Of a DNA stretch of 64,000 nt, positions 14,910 through 28,324 are shown piece after piece. A program made the translations under genes and the position numbers. The stretch is from Zygnema circumcarinatum SAG 698-1b (lineage: Eukaryota > Plantae > Zygnematophyceae): positions 1,211,361-1,275,360 of the forward strand of contig CM074805.1 in assembly GCA_037447605.1 (NCBI GenBank). The letters are read 5' to 3'. Position 1 is the first letter of the stretch; each line of letters begins with the position of its first letter. Under the pieces are notes generated by a model that saw only the letters and a program-made list of their open reading frames with translations, made no database searches and was not told where the DNA came from.

Positions 14910-17900
14910 ATGGATGCACTTTCGAGGGAGTCTGAGGAGTGGACTTTGGCATCCGATAAGAAGGTGAGCAAGTGTGCTTTCCCATTGCCGGGACATTTGT
15001 GACCGGACAACCTTCATTAAGACCGTTCTGGACATTAAGCTCTCCAGTAAACCTTTGTTCAAGATCCAATTTATCTTGATATTGCTTCAGATGTCGCCTC
15101 CCCGCTGCCATCCCTGTGCTTAGGCGCCCGAGACACCCACTTCCCCCGGCCCTCCTTTCGCTCTCTTTTTAGGATGCATACACACACACCAAACGCACAC
15201 GCTCTCGCACATCACTTTTGCACCCGCATAAACATACACAAGTACATAACGCAGGAGGTGTAGGTTTCCTTTAGTACCGGTTTTTTAAAGGGATACCTTT
15301 GTGCCACGAAGTTCAGAATGCTGACTGCTTCATTTTTCTGGTTCTTCTCCCTTGGGGTGTTCCCTAACTCCCTTTACGGCCCCGAACGCTGCAATAGCAA
15401 CTGCCACATATATGGAACTCTTTCGCTAATCTCTCCCGCTTTTAAACGAATAGGCCATTGCCAAACACCTTGTTAAAAGGTCATCTGGCAGTACGGTTGT
15501 GTGTCCCTAAACTGCGACTATCTTGTAGGGCAGACTTGCATTGAATGAGATAGACGGATCCTAAAAATCGTAACTTGCCGACTTGTAGTCCAGATTCGAC
15601 TCCACGTTTTGTCCTTTTTCCTTTGGTCGAGTAATCTGTTCATCCAGCAGATTGACCTTCAGATATTTGCTTACTTGAATTATCTCGGCTTGGGAGGCCG
15701 CATTCAAAAAATGTCGACCGTTTTGTTCTATTACTGTATTTGGTTTTGTCACAAGAAAATAATTGTTCACCTAGGGAGCCTTATGCGTTTTATGCTTGCA
15801 CCAATATATCATTGTGGGTATAATTAAAAGGTTTTGTAACAGACTACGTTCTATTCGGGGATTTTTTTCTCAATAGTTGAAAGGGCTGTCGTGATTTCCT
15901 AGACAGACCTATGGTACGTTTCTTGGTTTCCACTTATGTGTTGGAGTCATACAATCTTCTTAATTCAATAAGAAAGAATTCAAAGTAGGAGTTGGCATGA
16001 ATATACATAGTACATCTGCATGGCGCATCTTGAAAGAAAATTGACAAGGCTATGAATTGTATGGCTTGAAATTCAATGAACGTATGATGAAGATGGCATT
16101 GTGCTTGTTTGGTGGTAATGTGCGGTCCACAGGTAGAGAGTCACTCGTCGCTCATAGCCTTTTATGTGGGGTAAACAATCAAAGACAAAGTCAAGAAGAG
16201 GTTCTATGCAATGGAGTTTGAACCAAACTGTTATAGTCGTTTAGGTGTAATTTTCTTAAACTTCTACTTATGGTAGGGCCGATACGAGTTAGAATCCTGC
16301 TTTAAGGTGGTCAATGCACTCAGGTTATGCCATTGTATCAATGGTGAGCTGGGAGCCTCTTGAACCATGCAGATTGTATTACTTTTCTGATCAGCTGAAG
16401 TTGGAGGCGTGAAAGCATATTTTTTACGATCTGTAAACTGAGCTATTGCAACAGCTGTTGTCTGCCGGTGGAATTTTAAAATAACTGTGGCGATCTTATG
16501 TTGTTTTCCAGTTATTGGATTGGATGCAAGCCTTCACGACCAGAGTGGAGAGACGGTGCCATGGCGTGGGCTCGCGCATCGACCTTTTGTTGGCGCAAGT
16601 GAAGGCGTTGGATGCCAGCTTGCAGAATACGTGCAACCATTTTTCGTCCCTCTCAAGCAGCCAGTACCTTGAAAATGTATAAGGAATTTTCATGATTATT
16701 CAAGTCTGATAATGCAGAAATGTCTTTTCTAATTTTTATACGACTTTACTTGGAGAGCAAAGAAAGCAAAGCAAAGGAAGTCATGTTTGTGAAAAGACAT
16801 GTTCATTGGGTTGGAGTTAAATGGAAGTAGATTTATGTGTGAACTATGCAATCATGAGTATTGACCTATGACAATGTCCTGGTTATGCAAGGAATAAGAC
16901 TGACCAATTAGAGATCTGTTGCAAATCTCTAGTTAGGCGTTGTATCTTTTCTCCTGGTTATGCTTGTCTCCCCTTTCAAAGCGAGAGTTCATCTGGTCTA
17001 TTTTCCTTCTGTCTTTCTCATCCTGGCAGGGCACTCTAGTGCAGTTGAACTTTATCAGCATGTTCGAAAGCACTTTTTCACAGCTTTACTGACTTATGTC
17101 TTCAATCCTCTCTCTCTTCATTTTGACTTCTCTCACAAACATCACAGCTGACTGTGTGGCTGTGCGTGCCCTCTTTCAGCGCATAGCGGAGGAAGATGAG
17201 GTGGTGGTACGAGCAAATCCGGCCGATGCAGCTCAGCAGCCATTGCCCTCTGTTGGTGTAACGGAAGCGGATATCCATTCTCGTTACAGACGAGCGACAC
17301 ATGTGGCCTTGCAGGCAGTTCAGTCAGCCGTAGAACAGACGCAAGAAGTGATGCGGTCAGGAGCTCAGCGTTTGCCACTGATGCATGCCAAAGGGGCTGT
17401 GTCGTTTGTAAGTATATTGTCTCACCTCTTTTTCTAGGCATGGGTACGGTTGACTGAGGATACAGGCGTAGCTGATGCAACCACTTTTACCTTCTGGTTG
17501 ACTCAACTGAAGTTAGCTATGAGCACGTCGTGAAGGAACAGGTGATCGCTCTGTATGGCTTCGGTATTTGCTTGAACCCAAGATTCGTGTCCGTTCAGTA
17601 CAAGCCTTCACGTGTGGGTTCAGGAATTTCCGGGGAGAATCTATCAAGTTCTTGCTGTTTCTGATGCATGACCGGTGTTTGAGTTTTTAATCGTTTCATC
17701 AAAATGAGCTTCGTTGAGTTGTAGAGTTCTGCACATGAACATTGTTAAGCACTCGGTAGGACGGCCTTTCCGGGAAGTTTTAATTGCCATCACACCAGCT
17801 ATCAGGAATACCCTCCTTTTCTTAATATATGTCCCCCTGTGGTGTTTTCCAGCTTTTGAGATGGTGCTTTGTATGAATTAGGATGCCTTCTCTGCACAAA

Positions 17901-20900
17901 CTTCCCAAAGACGTGAAATCCTGCAAAGGGAACCGACCCTGAGGAGATCACTTTTGAACTGAATTTTGGTGTGGATGCAGGAAGGCCCCCTCCGACCTCT
18001 GCCGTACATCATTGGCAGCGCTGCATATGCAAACGACTCAGCATGTGGTCTGGCGGAGGCAGGTGAGTGTAGGACTCGAACTAAACCCCCATTCATCAAG
18101 TGAAACAACACATCTGATTAATGACCAGACATCCAGATAGGCAGCATTGTATGCAGCGCACATAAACTCCCTTGCCCACGTTTGATGCTTTTAGCTCGCA
18201 CAGAAGGCTGTGTGATCTTCAGTAGTGCAGGTGAGAGTGAGAGAAGTTGAAGAATTCGATGGGGAGGGAAGGGTTGCTGAGTTTGACGCTGAGCACTATC
18301 TGTGGGATGCAGCCGGCAATCGCGGAGGTGGCTTCAGGGGAGCACCTGCTCCCAGCAGGCAGTTGCGAGAAGAGAATAATACATGGAATTATTCAGAAAA
18401 CCTATCGCAGAGCTTGGAGGAAGGAAGAAGTGGGGCAGGTTCAGCAGATATGGCTTTCAATGCGAAGGTATTTGGCATTGCAATCACACCTTTCTCCTGC
18501 CTTGGTGCAGTTTGCAGGTGCATTGGAAAGCACTTTCACTTTGACCAGTCAGTGGGAATTTTAAGACATTAACGCTTTAGGGATTCTGTTCGTTCTGACA
18601 TTGTCAGGTAGCCCGGCAATTTGGCGATGACACAAGACAGGCAGACGGACAGTCTGTGAGTGGTAACAGAAGTAGGAACGGACACGTGGCATCTCCAGGA
18701 GCCACATCAAGCGGAACTGCGGGTGCAGAGATTAGGGTTGTGGAACCGGCAGTTTCTACTGTGGACGGGTTCAGAGCTATGTTGGAGGCAGCGTTGAGAG
18801 GACCTGCTGACTTATGTGAGATTCTATGGCGACTTTGCATAGGGGAACGGAACGTTCTTATTCGTGAATACTGGAAGGAAACATGGGGACAGGGAGAATG
18901 CTCTTCAGTTCTTCAGATGGAAATGTAATTTTGCGTAGCTGCTGAATAGCTGATGTTCATCAATTCAAGCAAGATGCAGTTTGTGTGGGATAAATCGGTT
19001 TCTCTTTTTGTTTTCCTTTTTGTTCCCTTGCCCATGGCAGATGATGATACCATTCCAGATGGCATGGGTTTGCTCTCCGAGCCAGCAATATTCCAAGATG
19101 ACTACTATGATCCTATCGCGGGAGGGCCCAACGTTAGGGAAGGTTTCAATAGTACCTCTTTCCGCTCTTCTCTTTTTCCCGAGGGTGCAAATGTCGAAGG
19201 CGGTCATCTTCAAAATGAAGTTCTCTCTTCTCAAAGAGAGGCAAACGGGGACATGGCAGTGGATATTGACAGGCAGCTGACTAGTCGAGAAGAGGAGAAT
19301 AAGAAGGTAGACCCAAAAAAAGTGGAATCGTCTGCTACCTTGGATAAGCAGAGAGGGAGGGCATTGGACTTTAAGGCAGTTTTGGGCTTGGATGTAGAAG
19401 AGGACGATGAGGATCTTTTTGGACCCAACACTGTTTCAAAGGTAAAGGGCTAAACCTGTCGGTATCCATGCCGGTAAGTTTGAGGCATGCCTGTTGAAAT
19501 GTACTCTTTTTGCAATACACCGGGACAGTTATTCCTTACTGCCCATTCAGACACCTTCAGTTCGGTTGTTTACGGTCTCTTACTGTGCTGCATATGGGTT
19601 TTGGTGTTTTTAGTTGCTGTCTGGACAGAGAATCGTTGGTCATGATGGTTTGTGCTGACGTCTGATGGGCTATGGGAGCTGCTACAGACTTCCCAGACCC
19701 GCAACATCTCAGAAGGAGCATTGTTTGACAAAAACAAGAAAATTGCGCAAGAGGAAGGTGAGCGCGTAGCTCCCAACACTATGCATGCAAGGATGGGGCA
19801 TGTTGGCAATCTGTTGTCGAAGAGTATGCACTGCAAGGGCTAAAGGTGTCACAGTATGGCTTGAAATTAGCCTCTTACTGTTTGAAGACACTGCTTGCAA
19901 AAAGAAAGGGTAGCATTTACCTTTGAGAGTCCCTGCTAGAAGTGTCATGGAAATCGCCAAGCTTAAAGTACGGTGTTAAATATGGAAAAAGGTTTGTGAC
20001 CTCGAATCGTCACCTGGTTTTCCTCCATTTCTGACCTCGCTCACGTCGTATGCGTGTCTGCGACGTTTGTTATTGTGTAAAGGGGCAGCAGTTTTCAGTG
20101 TAAAGGGCGAAGAGAGCAGGAAACCGAAAGCAGCATATAGCCCTCCGCCGCCTCCTCCTCCTGTCAGTGCTTTTGTAAGGAAATTAGCTCCAGCAAATCG
20201 CGGGCTGCCAAGTGGCGGCCTATTTGATGAGGAGGAGGATGAAGGCTTTGAGGATGCGAGTGCTCCTCGTCCTGACCGAACTTCCCGAGGAGAATTCAGA
20301 AGCTCTGAGGAAGGGAGGAAACTTGGAAAGAATGGAACAAGTACAGAGACAAGAGGTTCTACAAGCTACAATGGAGGTAGACATCGCTTACTAATGAGAA
20401 GAGAAACAGTGGGAGCTTAGCCGAATGGGAGGCCGACAGTGTGAATGGTTGCATGCATGTTTATTATGGTTTAGAGGCAAGACTGAAGCTGCATTGGAGA
20501 AGGACTTTCTAAGGTATGGGGGAGGAAGTGTAATAGCCAAAACAATGACAGAAAAAAATCGTACAGAAGGACTACTTGATGGACGTTCAAAGGAAACCGA
20601 TTAGTTCACAAAATGGGCCGGTGAAACTGCATGGTTGTAATGTAAAATCGGTGGGCACAGCTGGGAGCTCAGGAATTTTTTATGATGACAGTGAGCTGGA
20701 GGATGAAGGCTTTGTAGCGGGTAGCACTATGCACGAAAAGTTAGGGCATGTTGCCAAATTTTTGTTAAAGAGTATGCACTACGCAAGTGTTGAAGGTGTT
20801 ACGCTATGCATTGAAATCAGCCTTTACTGTTGAAACACTCTGCTTGCAATAATTAAAAAGTGGCATTTATCTTTAAGAGTCCCTGCTAAAAGCGTTGTGG

Positions 20901-22934
20901 AAATCACTTAGCCGGAAGTACTTAGTCTGGAAAGGGATTTGTGACCTTAAATTCCTCCCGGTTGTTCTCAATTTCTGACCTTGCCCACTATATGCGTGCC
21001 TGTGATGTTCGTTATTGGGAAAAGGGGCAGCAGATCTCAGTTTGAAGGGCGAAGTGAGCAGGAAACCAGAATCAGCATATAGCTCTCCACGACAGATGCC
21101 TCCTCCTATTAGCGCTTTTGTAATGAAAATACCACCAGCGAATAGCAGGCTGCCAAGTGGCGGCCTGTTCGATGATGATGAAGAGGAAGACTTTGAGCAT
21201 GCGAGTGGTCCTGGTGATGGCCGAAGCAGAGCATTCAGCAGTTCTGAGGAAGGGAGAAAGCTTGGAAAGCAGGGAGCAAGTACAGGGACAAGCAACTCTT
21301 CAAGCTACAATGGAGGTAGGTCATTGTTTACTGCGGAGGAGAGAGGAGGTGGGAGCTCAGCTGAAGGGGAGGCCGACAGTGTGAGTGGTGGTAGCAATGC
21401 TACTGTCAATGATGGTTATAAAGGCAAGATTGAAGCTGCATTGGAGAAGGGTTTTCTAAAACTTGGGGGAGGGAGTGTAATCACCAAAACTGTGGCAGAA
21501 AAAAATTGTATAGAGGGACTATTTGACGTTGGACAACAAGGAAAACTGATTAGTTCACAAAATGAGCCGGCGAAAATGGATGGGTGGAAGGAACCTAGCG
21601 TAAAAGCTGTGGGCAGAGCTGGGAGCTTAGGACTTTTTGACGATGACGATGAGCTGGAAGATGAATTTCATGTAGGGCCTGGAGAGAGGGCCGCCTCAAG
21701 AGGAAGTAGTAATGGAACTAGCAATAGGGCTGTCCCGAAAGAAGAACCCATTTCATTAAGTGGACTGTTCGGGATTCCATCAAAGAGATCAAGTGAAAAT
21801 GCGGTACAAGGAATACTGAAGTTAGAATCAGCAACATTCCCTAGGAAAGGGGGATTGTTTGATGAGTCAGAAGATGATGAGGAAGGAAGCACCGCGGCGA
21901 TCGAAGAGACAGTAAGTGAAGCAGACAAGTATTTGTCAGGGATCGGTTCGGGAGCTGTAGAAGGTAGACAAGTACTGGCGGGTGCAGTACGAGTGCTTGA
22001 AGAGGCATCATCTGCACCAAGTGTCAACGCATCCACGAGGTCCAAGCTCTTGGCATCTGCAGTTGCTGCTTTGAGGAGGCCCAGGAGTGACGAATCAGAA
22101 GATGAATTTGAGGTATCTCAATCGGACGAAGAAGAAGAAAATAAAGTGCCACAAAGTACTGAACGAAGGATTTTTGAACCTAAACCTGCAGATGAGGGCT
22201 GGGTAATTGGGTCGGATCAAGAAACGCGTGTGGCCGAGTTCGACTCTGGAAGGGCCGTGGAGGGGAGGAGAGTCGAAAGAATGGAGAAGGATGGAGCAGA
22301 AGGAGCAGAGAGAGAGGGAGATAGGAAGGTCGCAGTACGGAACGACATGAATCAGATGAATTTTGCCGTTGGACTGGAGGCCGCTCTCAAGAGGAGGGCA
22401 GGTGGCGGAGGTTTGTTTGGAGGTGATAATGATGAAGCTTCAGGAGACGAGGAGTCCCCGAGAGAGAGATTCCTAGGGATGAAGGAAGGTGAGGAAAGCC
22501 GGTCAAGTGTGAATGGGCAAGGTGCAGGAAATAGTCCAGTTGATCCTGTCCGAGAAATTTTGGGAGAGAGAAATATATTTAGTGCCGCTTCATCCATCAA
22601 TCGGGCATCAAATGTTGACATGAATAGCGAAGTGATCTCAAGAGCTGATGGTAATGGAATTAGTCACATCGGTGGGTTGCCTCAAGGCCTGGTAGTGGCT
22701 CCTGAAAAAAGATTGCTGGGTGATGGAGCGAGAGCAGAGGACCACGGTGGGAGCACCTCTTTCAGTTGGAAGCCGGTGATAGGGAAGAGAGAGGTAGAGA
22801 AGTTGGGAGGGGAGAAAAAAACATTTGATTCATTATTTGGAAATGATGATGATGAAGAAGAAGATGCTCTGTTTGGGCCGCTGAATGGAAAAGGATCAAA
22901 GTTTACCTCTAGTGATCTCTTTAGTCGAGGGTGA
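14910..22934 (+). CDS. WASHC2: WASH complex subunit 2 (FAM21) homologue; exons 14910-14963, 16512-16676, 17180-17407, 17981-18062, 18223-18467, 18608-~18817, 19041-19441, 19697-19757, (20089-20376 possible), 21031-22934
   Basis: Manual splicing gives EEWTLASDKK|LLDWMQAFTTRVERRCHGVGSRIDLLLAQVKALDASLQNTCNHFSSLSSSQYLEN|RIAEEDE..EADIHSRYRRATHVALQAVQSA..|EGPLRPLPYIIGSAAYANDSACGL. This is collinear with the FAM21 head as I recall it (WSLAADAGLLQFLQEF..LSNTQFIENRVYDEE..RPLPYLIGS). A long acidic disordered tail with repeated LF+acidic motifs follows. All junctions are GT-AG and phase-compatible. Confidence 0.9.
19755..21680 (+). repeat. Intragenic tandem duplication (~960 bp period, intron plus exon start) within WASHC2
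   Basis: 19755-20715 is collinear with 20716-21680 (e.g. CACTATGCA..GGGCATGTTG, GAGAGTCCCTGCTA, AAAGGGGCAGCAG acceptor, GCTGCCAAGTGGCGGCC). Confidence 0.92.
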
Positions 22935-23621
22935 GGAATTGTAGAGAGCAGAATCATGCGGTTGTGACTGACTCACTTACCCTTAAACCTGGTCACTGTT
23001 ATCAATTTGAATCTTTTTGGTTCTTTAGTTGTTTCGTTACACCGTTAGCCCTCGCGTTGTTGAGCAGAATTTGTTTTTAAAGGAGATGTTTTTGACGGCA
23101 TTGTTGTAGAAGGCGACTTTTTCTATACATGGTAGCCATAAATAGGTTGTATCAAGGCCATTTATGTTGTACAGATCTGTGACAACTAAAAAGAATAAAC
23201 GAGAGTTCAATAATTTTGTTTCAGTGTCTATGCGTTTCAATACGTTAATGATCTACTTGTCGTACGTGCTAATGTTTTCAGTGGGGGCTTATGAGGGTGA
23301 GCTCTGCTGCTCATGAGGGTGGCAAACTTTGTCCTTTAAACGAGTCTTTCAGGTTGAATGGGTTTTAGGGTGAGCAGTTTTACAAAACAGCAGAAGCAGA
23401 ACTGCTTGTTTGCTGGAAGCCGACCGACTGACCGACCAACCAACAAACCAACCATCTGACCAGTGTCCAACTTTCGCAAGCGGCACTTCTGCTGTCGAGA
23501 GGAAAGCCTTGAATCAATTGGAAAAATCAGAGCCACATGAGAGAATGGCATATGCCAGAATAGCGTCCTATACTGAGGAAAGTTTATCTGCGTCTGATAT
23601 TTACAACAGTGAAGCCGTCGA

Positions 23622-26600
23622 TCACTTGGCCAGCTCATCCTGTATCTCCTCCAGACTGAGGCCCTTAGTTTCCGGAACTTGGAAGAAAACAAACGAGAGG
23701 GCCATCATGCCAATGATTCCAAAAGTGAAGAACGTGCCCGCTTGCCCCAAAGTCTCCTGCAAGAGAAGTTACAGACATGGATGGGGAAGCAACACAACCG
23801 CCACATGGTTACTTTTTCACCTCACATTCATCTTACATAATAAACAACACAATCAAGTTTATATGCTTTTTTTTATACACTTTCAACGCAAGTCAGACAA
23901 CCGCAGGTTAGACATTCCAGGTCTGCAGAGTGCAGCTTAAAGATATGTGCAAACCCTCGTTTGCAATAGACACTAATGCTGGTCGGGCCCTCACTACCAG
24001 GAAAGGGGTTTTTACTTGAATAGGACGGAAAGAGAAGGCGACGAGAGCGTTAGAGCCGAAGTTGACAAGAGTGGCGATGCTCTGAGCGCGGCCCCGCACT
24101 CGGAGGGCAAACACTTCCGAAACCATCAGCCAGGAGATTGGGCCAAAGGAGACCTGCAGTGAACCAACTCATTTCATCTTTTTAGGAGGAGTAGGAATAG
24201 CCCAAAAACAAGGGAATGAAACGACCTAAAACTTGCTTCATCCCTAGAGTATTGACTTGAAGTCCACCATACCAGTTACCATAATGCACGAGCAAAATGT
24301 GCACAAAAGAACATCTCATTCCCTTCCCCGCACCACCCAAGTTTTGACACTGCCAACAGCTTAAAATCAAGATAGCATGTGGTTGAAGGGATCCGTGAAG
24401 TTCTGAGCAACTGAAGGGCAAAGTATGAATATAGCCCAAAACTCAAACTGGTTCGCGAAGGTAGGCCAGACACAAGCCCCGGCTTAGAGAAGGTGTGAAG
24501 ATGCTCAGAGAACAACAAACTGTTGTGAAATTACCTGATATGCTCCCACGTATAGCAAGAGAGAGGCAACACTGAGCAACGGATAGCCTCCTCCGGCGGC
24601 ATACACGGATGCGAGGGAAAAGAGGCTGAGGACCTGTAGACACGTTGAGCAGTTCACAGCTTGGTACTGAATTGCGGAGGCTTACATGTCCCAGTAAACC
24701 AATCTACTCTAAAAACTCACAATTTTCAAAGCTTAAAACAACAGTTAAAACCAGGCAGCAATCGCTCCTTCCTTGTGGTGGACATCTAGATGCCGCCTTC
24801 GCATCATTCTTTATGTGTGAGGCAGGTAACCTTGCATGGCGGCAAGAAGATGCCCCTTAGAAAAGGATAAATCTGGGGAGTGAAGTGCTCTTACTAAGCC
24901 TGAGACTCCAACGAGCAGAAGGGGCCGACGCCCCACTTTATCCACAGTAAAGATGGCAATTCCTGTCATCAAGAGCTGCATAATACCAAGGAACAGTCAT
25001 ATGAGTTTGACATCTGGAGATATGATTCATCAGGAGCCTGCTTTACCTCCCTTATCAAACCATAGGCCATCAGATAGTCATTCACTCTAACACTGCGAGG
25101 TATGTCTTTTTCCATTTTTATCCCATTTTGGTCTCCTGATGACTTTTCTTGCCCCCACTTTCTCCCCTCCATTCCCACCTTGAAAAAACCGAGCACCACT
25201 GATACTCTTGTCGCATCCGCAGCATCAGCAAAGCCCGCATCCTGTCAGCCACACGAGGTCCAACCCTTCAACTCTCAGCTCTGAGAAGGGTGATGGGAAA
25301 GTCAATCCAAGCAGCTGCTACTCCGAGGGAAGAGGCAAACTGGCCATAATCTGGAATTTCAAAAGTATGACAAGCACTCATGTGTGCGTTTCCATACAAT
25401 GTCATGTCATATTATGGGATCGTATGGATGTCGAAGTTCACATGGATACACGGAAATGGCCATAGCGATATGAAGTTGCATGTATTTTATGATGCAGACA
25501 AAGAGCGTACCTGCAGAATGGAGGCTGCATAGTAAAGGACGCTCGGCTGCCCGGTCACCTGACTTCCCAAAACAAAGGGCTCGGAGGACAGTTAGAAGCT
25601 CCATATAGTGATTGTGAAACAGCGAAGGAAACAACAGTTGCAAAGAAACTCTAGCATTGTTCATCACAGAGGTCGACGAGGAAGAACATAGAACGACTCA
25701 CGATAAAATAAACCATCTGCTAACAACTCTTATTGCACACAGAAGCTAAGCCCTTACTAGTAACCTTTCCAGAAAGTGGACCCTTCCTTCAGTTTTCCCC
25801 TCCATGCTCACTTAGCTCACCTGCTGGAAAAATACCAGACCAGCCCCCACAATAAGAGCTTGCAGGTTTGTTCCCTGCACGAGCTCTTTGAATCCGTTTT
25901 CTTCCGCTCTTTCACCCTCCGATTGGACGGCGATCATTTCCTCCACCTCCGCCTCCACCGCCAATTCGTTCGAACTATTCCCTCTCAGCCTTGAAAGAGA
26001 TGCCTTTGCTCGAGCCACATAGGCCTCCCTCTCGCTCCCCTCCCCGCACTTTCCTGCTTGCAAAACCAACCAACGAGGAGAGGGAGGGAGGACGAACATG
26101 CCGATCCCCATAATGGCTGCGAGAGGCAGCCCCACGCCATACATATCTCTCCAGCCCCCCTCTGTACCGATGAAAAGGTTGCCTGTGAAGTAACCCAGCT
26201 GCAGAGCAGGCAGGAGGAGGGTCACGTCAGTTGGAAGGAGAAGAATGTTGGAATTGCTGTTTGACAGGGTTAGGAAAGAGCAGCTTAGAGACAGTCAGGG
26301 GGGTATATACCAGGATGCCGCCCACAATGAAGCCTTCCTTTAGAGAGATGAGAGTGCCCCGGACACTTGAGGGCGAGCATTCCGCAATGTACATAGGGGC
26401 GGCATGCATCGCCTGGAACACTCCAACAATTAATGTAAACGTTTAACATATAGATCATGAGCTAGCCATATGCGTCGAGAATTGCAGTCAAGAACTTGAG
26501 TACAGGAGGCAGTCATAGAAAGATGAGTTGCAGAAGGGAAGGAGGGGAAAGGGACGGCTATACATACGAGACCGATGCCAAGCCCATAGAGAAAGCGACC

Positions 26601-28324
26601 GAGAATGAGAACTTCCAAGGTGGGGGCTCCGGCCATGGCCGCGGCCCCGCAAAGGTACAGAGAGGCGGCCACCATCAGCTCTCTCCGCCTTCCTGCCAAC
26701 CGTTGGACACGCCGTATTGGTTTAGCCAGCCAAGGATGTGACTAAATGTTTTAAAAACACCCCACTACTTGCTCCATATTGCTGTATTTCCGAGAATGTC
26801 GAAGCTCAAGAATAGCAATACTTTTCGGAACACTACTTCTATAGCTCTACCTCCCTCTCCACTCAACCGGTTGAAGACCCAAGCATTCCTGTTCTGATAC
26901 TTATACCAGGAAAAGGAAGATTCGAGTACCTAAAAAATCTGCAATGCCGAAGGCCAGTGCGGACCCCACTAGAGCCCCCCCTAGAGAGCCGCTGACCTGT
27001 TCACACCCGCCATTCAAACGCACCCCAGCTTGTCATTCATTGACTTTCTAAAACCGAACATTCTGAACAAGTTATATGCTGAAGCGTACTTTGTTGCATC
27101 GCCGCATGAATTAGATAAGTGATAAAAAAGTTGGTCGACCAAAAGCAACCGAAATCATTTAGTGTCAGTATCTTCATATCTCGTCATTGTAGAACAGCAT
27201 ATGCCTTTCTGGCCACAAAGCACATCCGAATTTGAACTCACATTGCACAAGAGAGGATTCGATTAGACTTCTTAATCCGCAAACGTGGCAACTGACTTGT
27301 GAGCATATTCTTGATTAAAGTTTTCATGGAAGCGGAGGAGGGGGGGGGTGAGAATGCTGCTCACCACAAGCCCTTCTGCCGCCGGCGAGAGATTGTACCA
27401 GTCAGTTCCGGAGAGAGCGGCATCCTGCAAACAGTCAGCAAAAACGCAAAAAATCAAAGTAGAATTCGACCTGTAGAATACTGCAGGTAGTCTGCTTGTA
27501 ATTTGTTTTGGACCCTCTTACTAGTTATTACATGGATGACGGAATTCCAAACTGGACCCCTAACCCCTGTCAAAAATTCACTGCAGCTGCTTGAACAGGT
27601 TGCGCTTGCAAGGAACTCAACAGAGCTGCCGTTATTGCTCTATATGCAGCCAGCTTCAATGACTTACTCCTGTTTCGTTGTTTCAAAGGTAGTAAACCGT
27701 TTTTGCATGGGCAAATGCACGAAGAAGTGTAGCAATGGAGTGCACATATAAAGATTACCTTGAGAGACACTAACGCTCCAGAAGTTGCTCCGATGTCGTA
27801 ACCAAACAATGCGCCGCCCACAGCGGGAAAGAGAAACCTGCACATGCAATAAGCGGAATGTGAGCAGAAAGTAGAGAGAATGGGGACGACAGACGAAGGG
27901 GGAAGATAGAGGAGAAACATGGGGAGTAGAACCATTGGACGAAGTCGAGACAGATGGCGACGGAAGAAGGGGAAATTGGGCTAGAAGGGTGCCGATTTTT
28001 ACAAGAACGTAACAGGAGGAGAATAGAGCAGTGGTTGCCATGCAAATTCAAAATGCGGCTTCTCAAAAACCTGACAATGCCTTAAATTATGGACGGGTAA
28101 AGGCATGGAAACTTGAGAAAGATCGCATTAAAACGTTGTAAGGCTCAAACAGCGGAAAAGCGCCGGTTAAACATAGAAAATAATGCTTGATTTGAAGCAG
28201 GATTAAACCCCCGGGGAGAAGGCACTGACGGCAATGCGACGGCTTTCCAGTCGATACGCCCACTCTCTTGTTTATCTCCTTCACCATTACCAGAAGCTAG
28301 CAGGGGATCTTCTTCCGGCGCCAT
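23622..28324 (-). CDS. MFS sugar porter, vacuolar glucose transporter / D-xylose-proton symporter-like (VGT) type, 11 coding exons
   Basis: Motifs DWKAVALP|FLFPAVGGALFGYDIGATSGA, GRRREL, APMYIAECSPSSVRGTLISLKE, PPSPRWL, VTGQPSVLYYA, DKVGRRPLLL, SFGPISWLMVSEVF, VPETKGLSLEEI. No plastid transit peptide evident before the ATG. Confidence 0.95.

Noticed and set aside
14908-15111. Minus-strand 67-aa ORF as a transposase fragment
   Set aside because: It is antisense to FAM21 coding exon 1 and intron 1, with no transposase motif.
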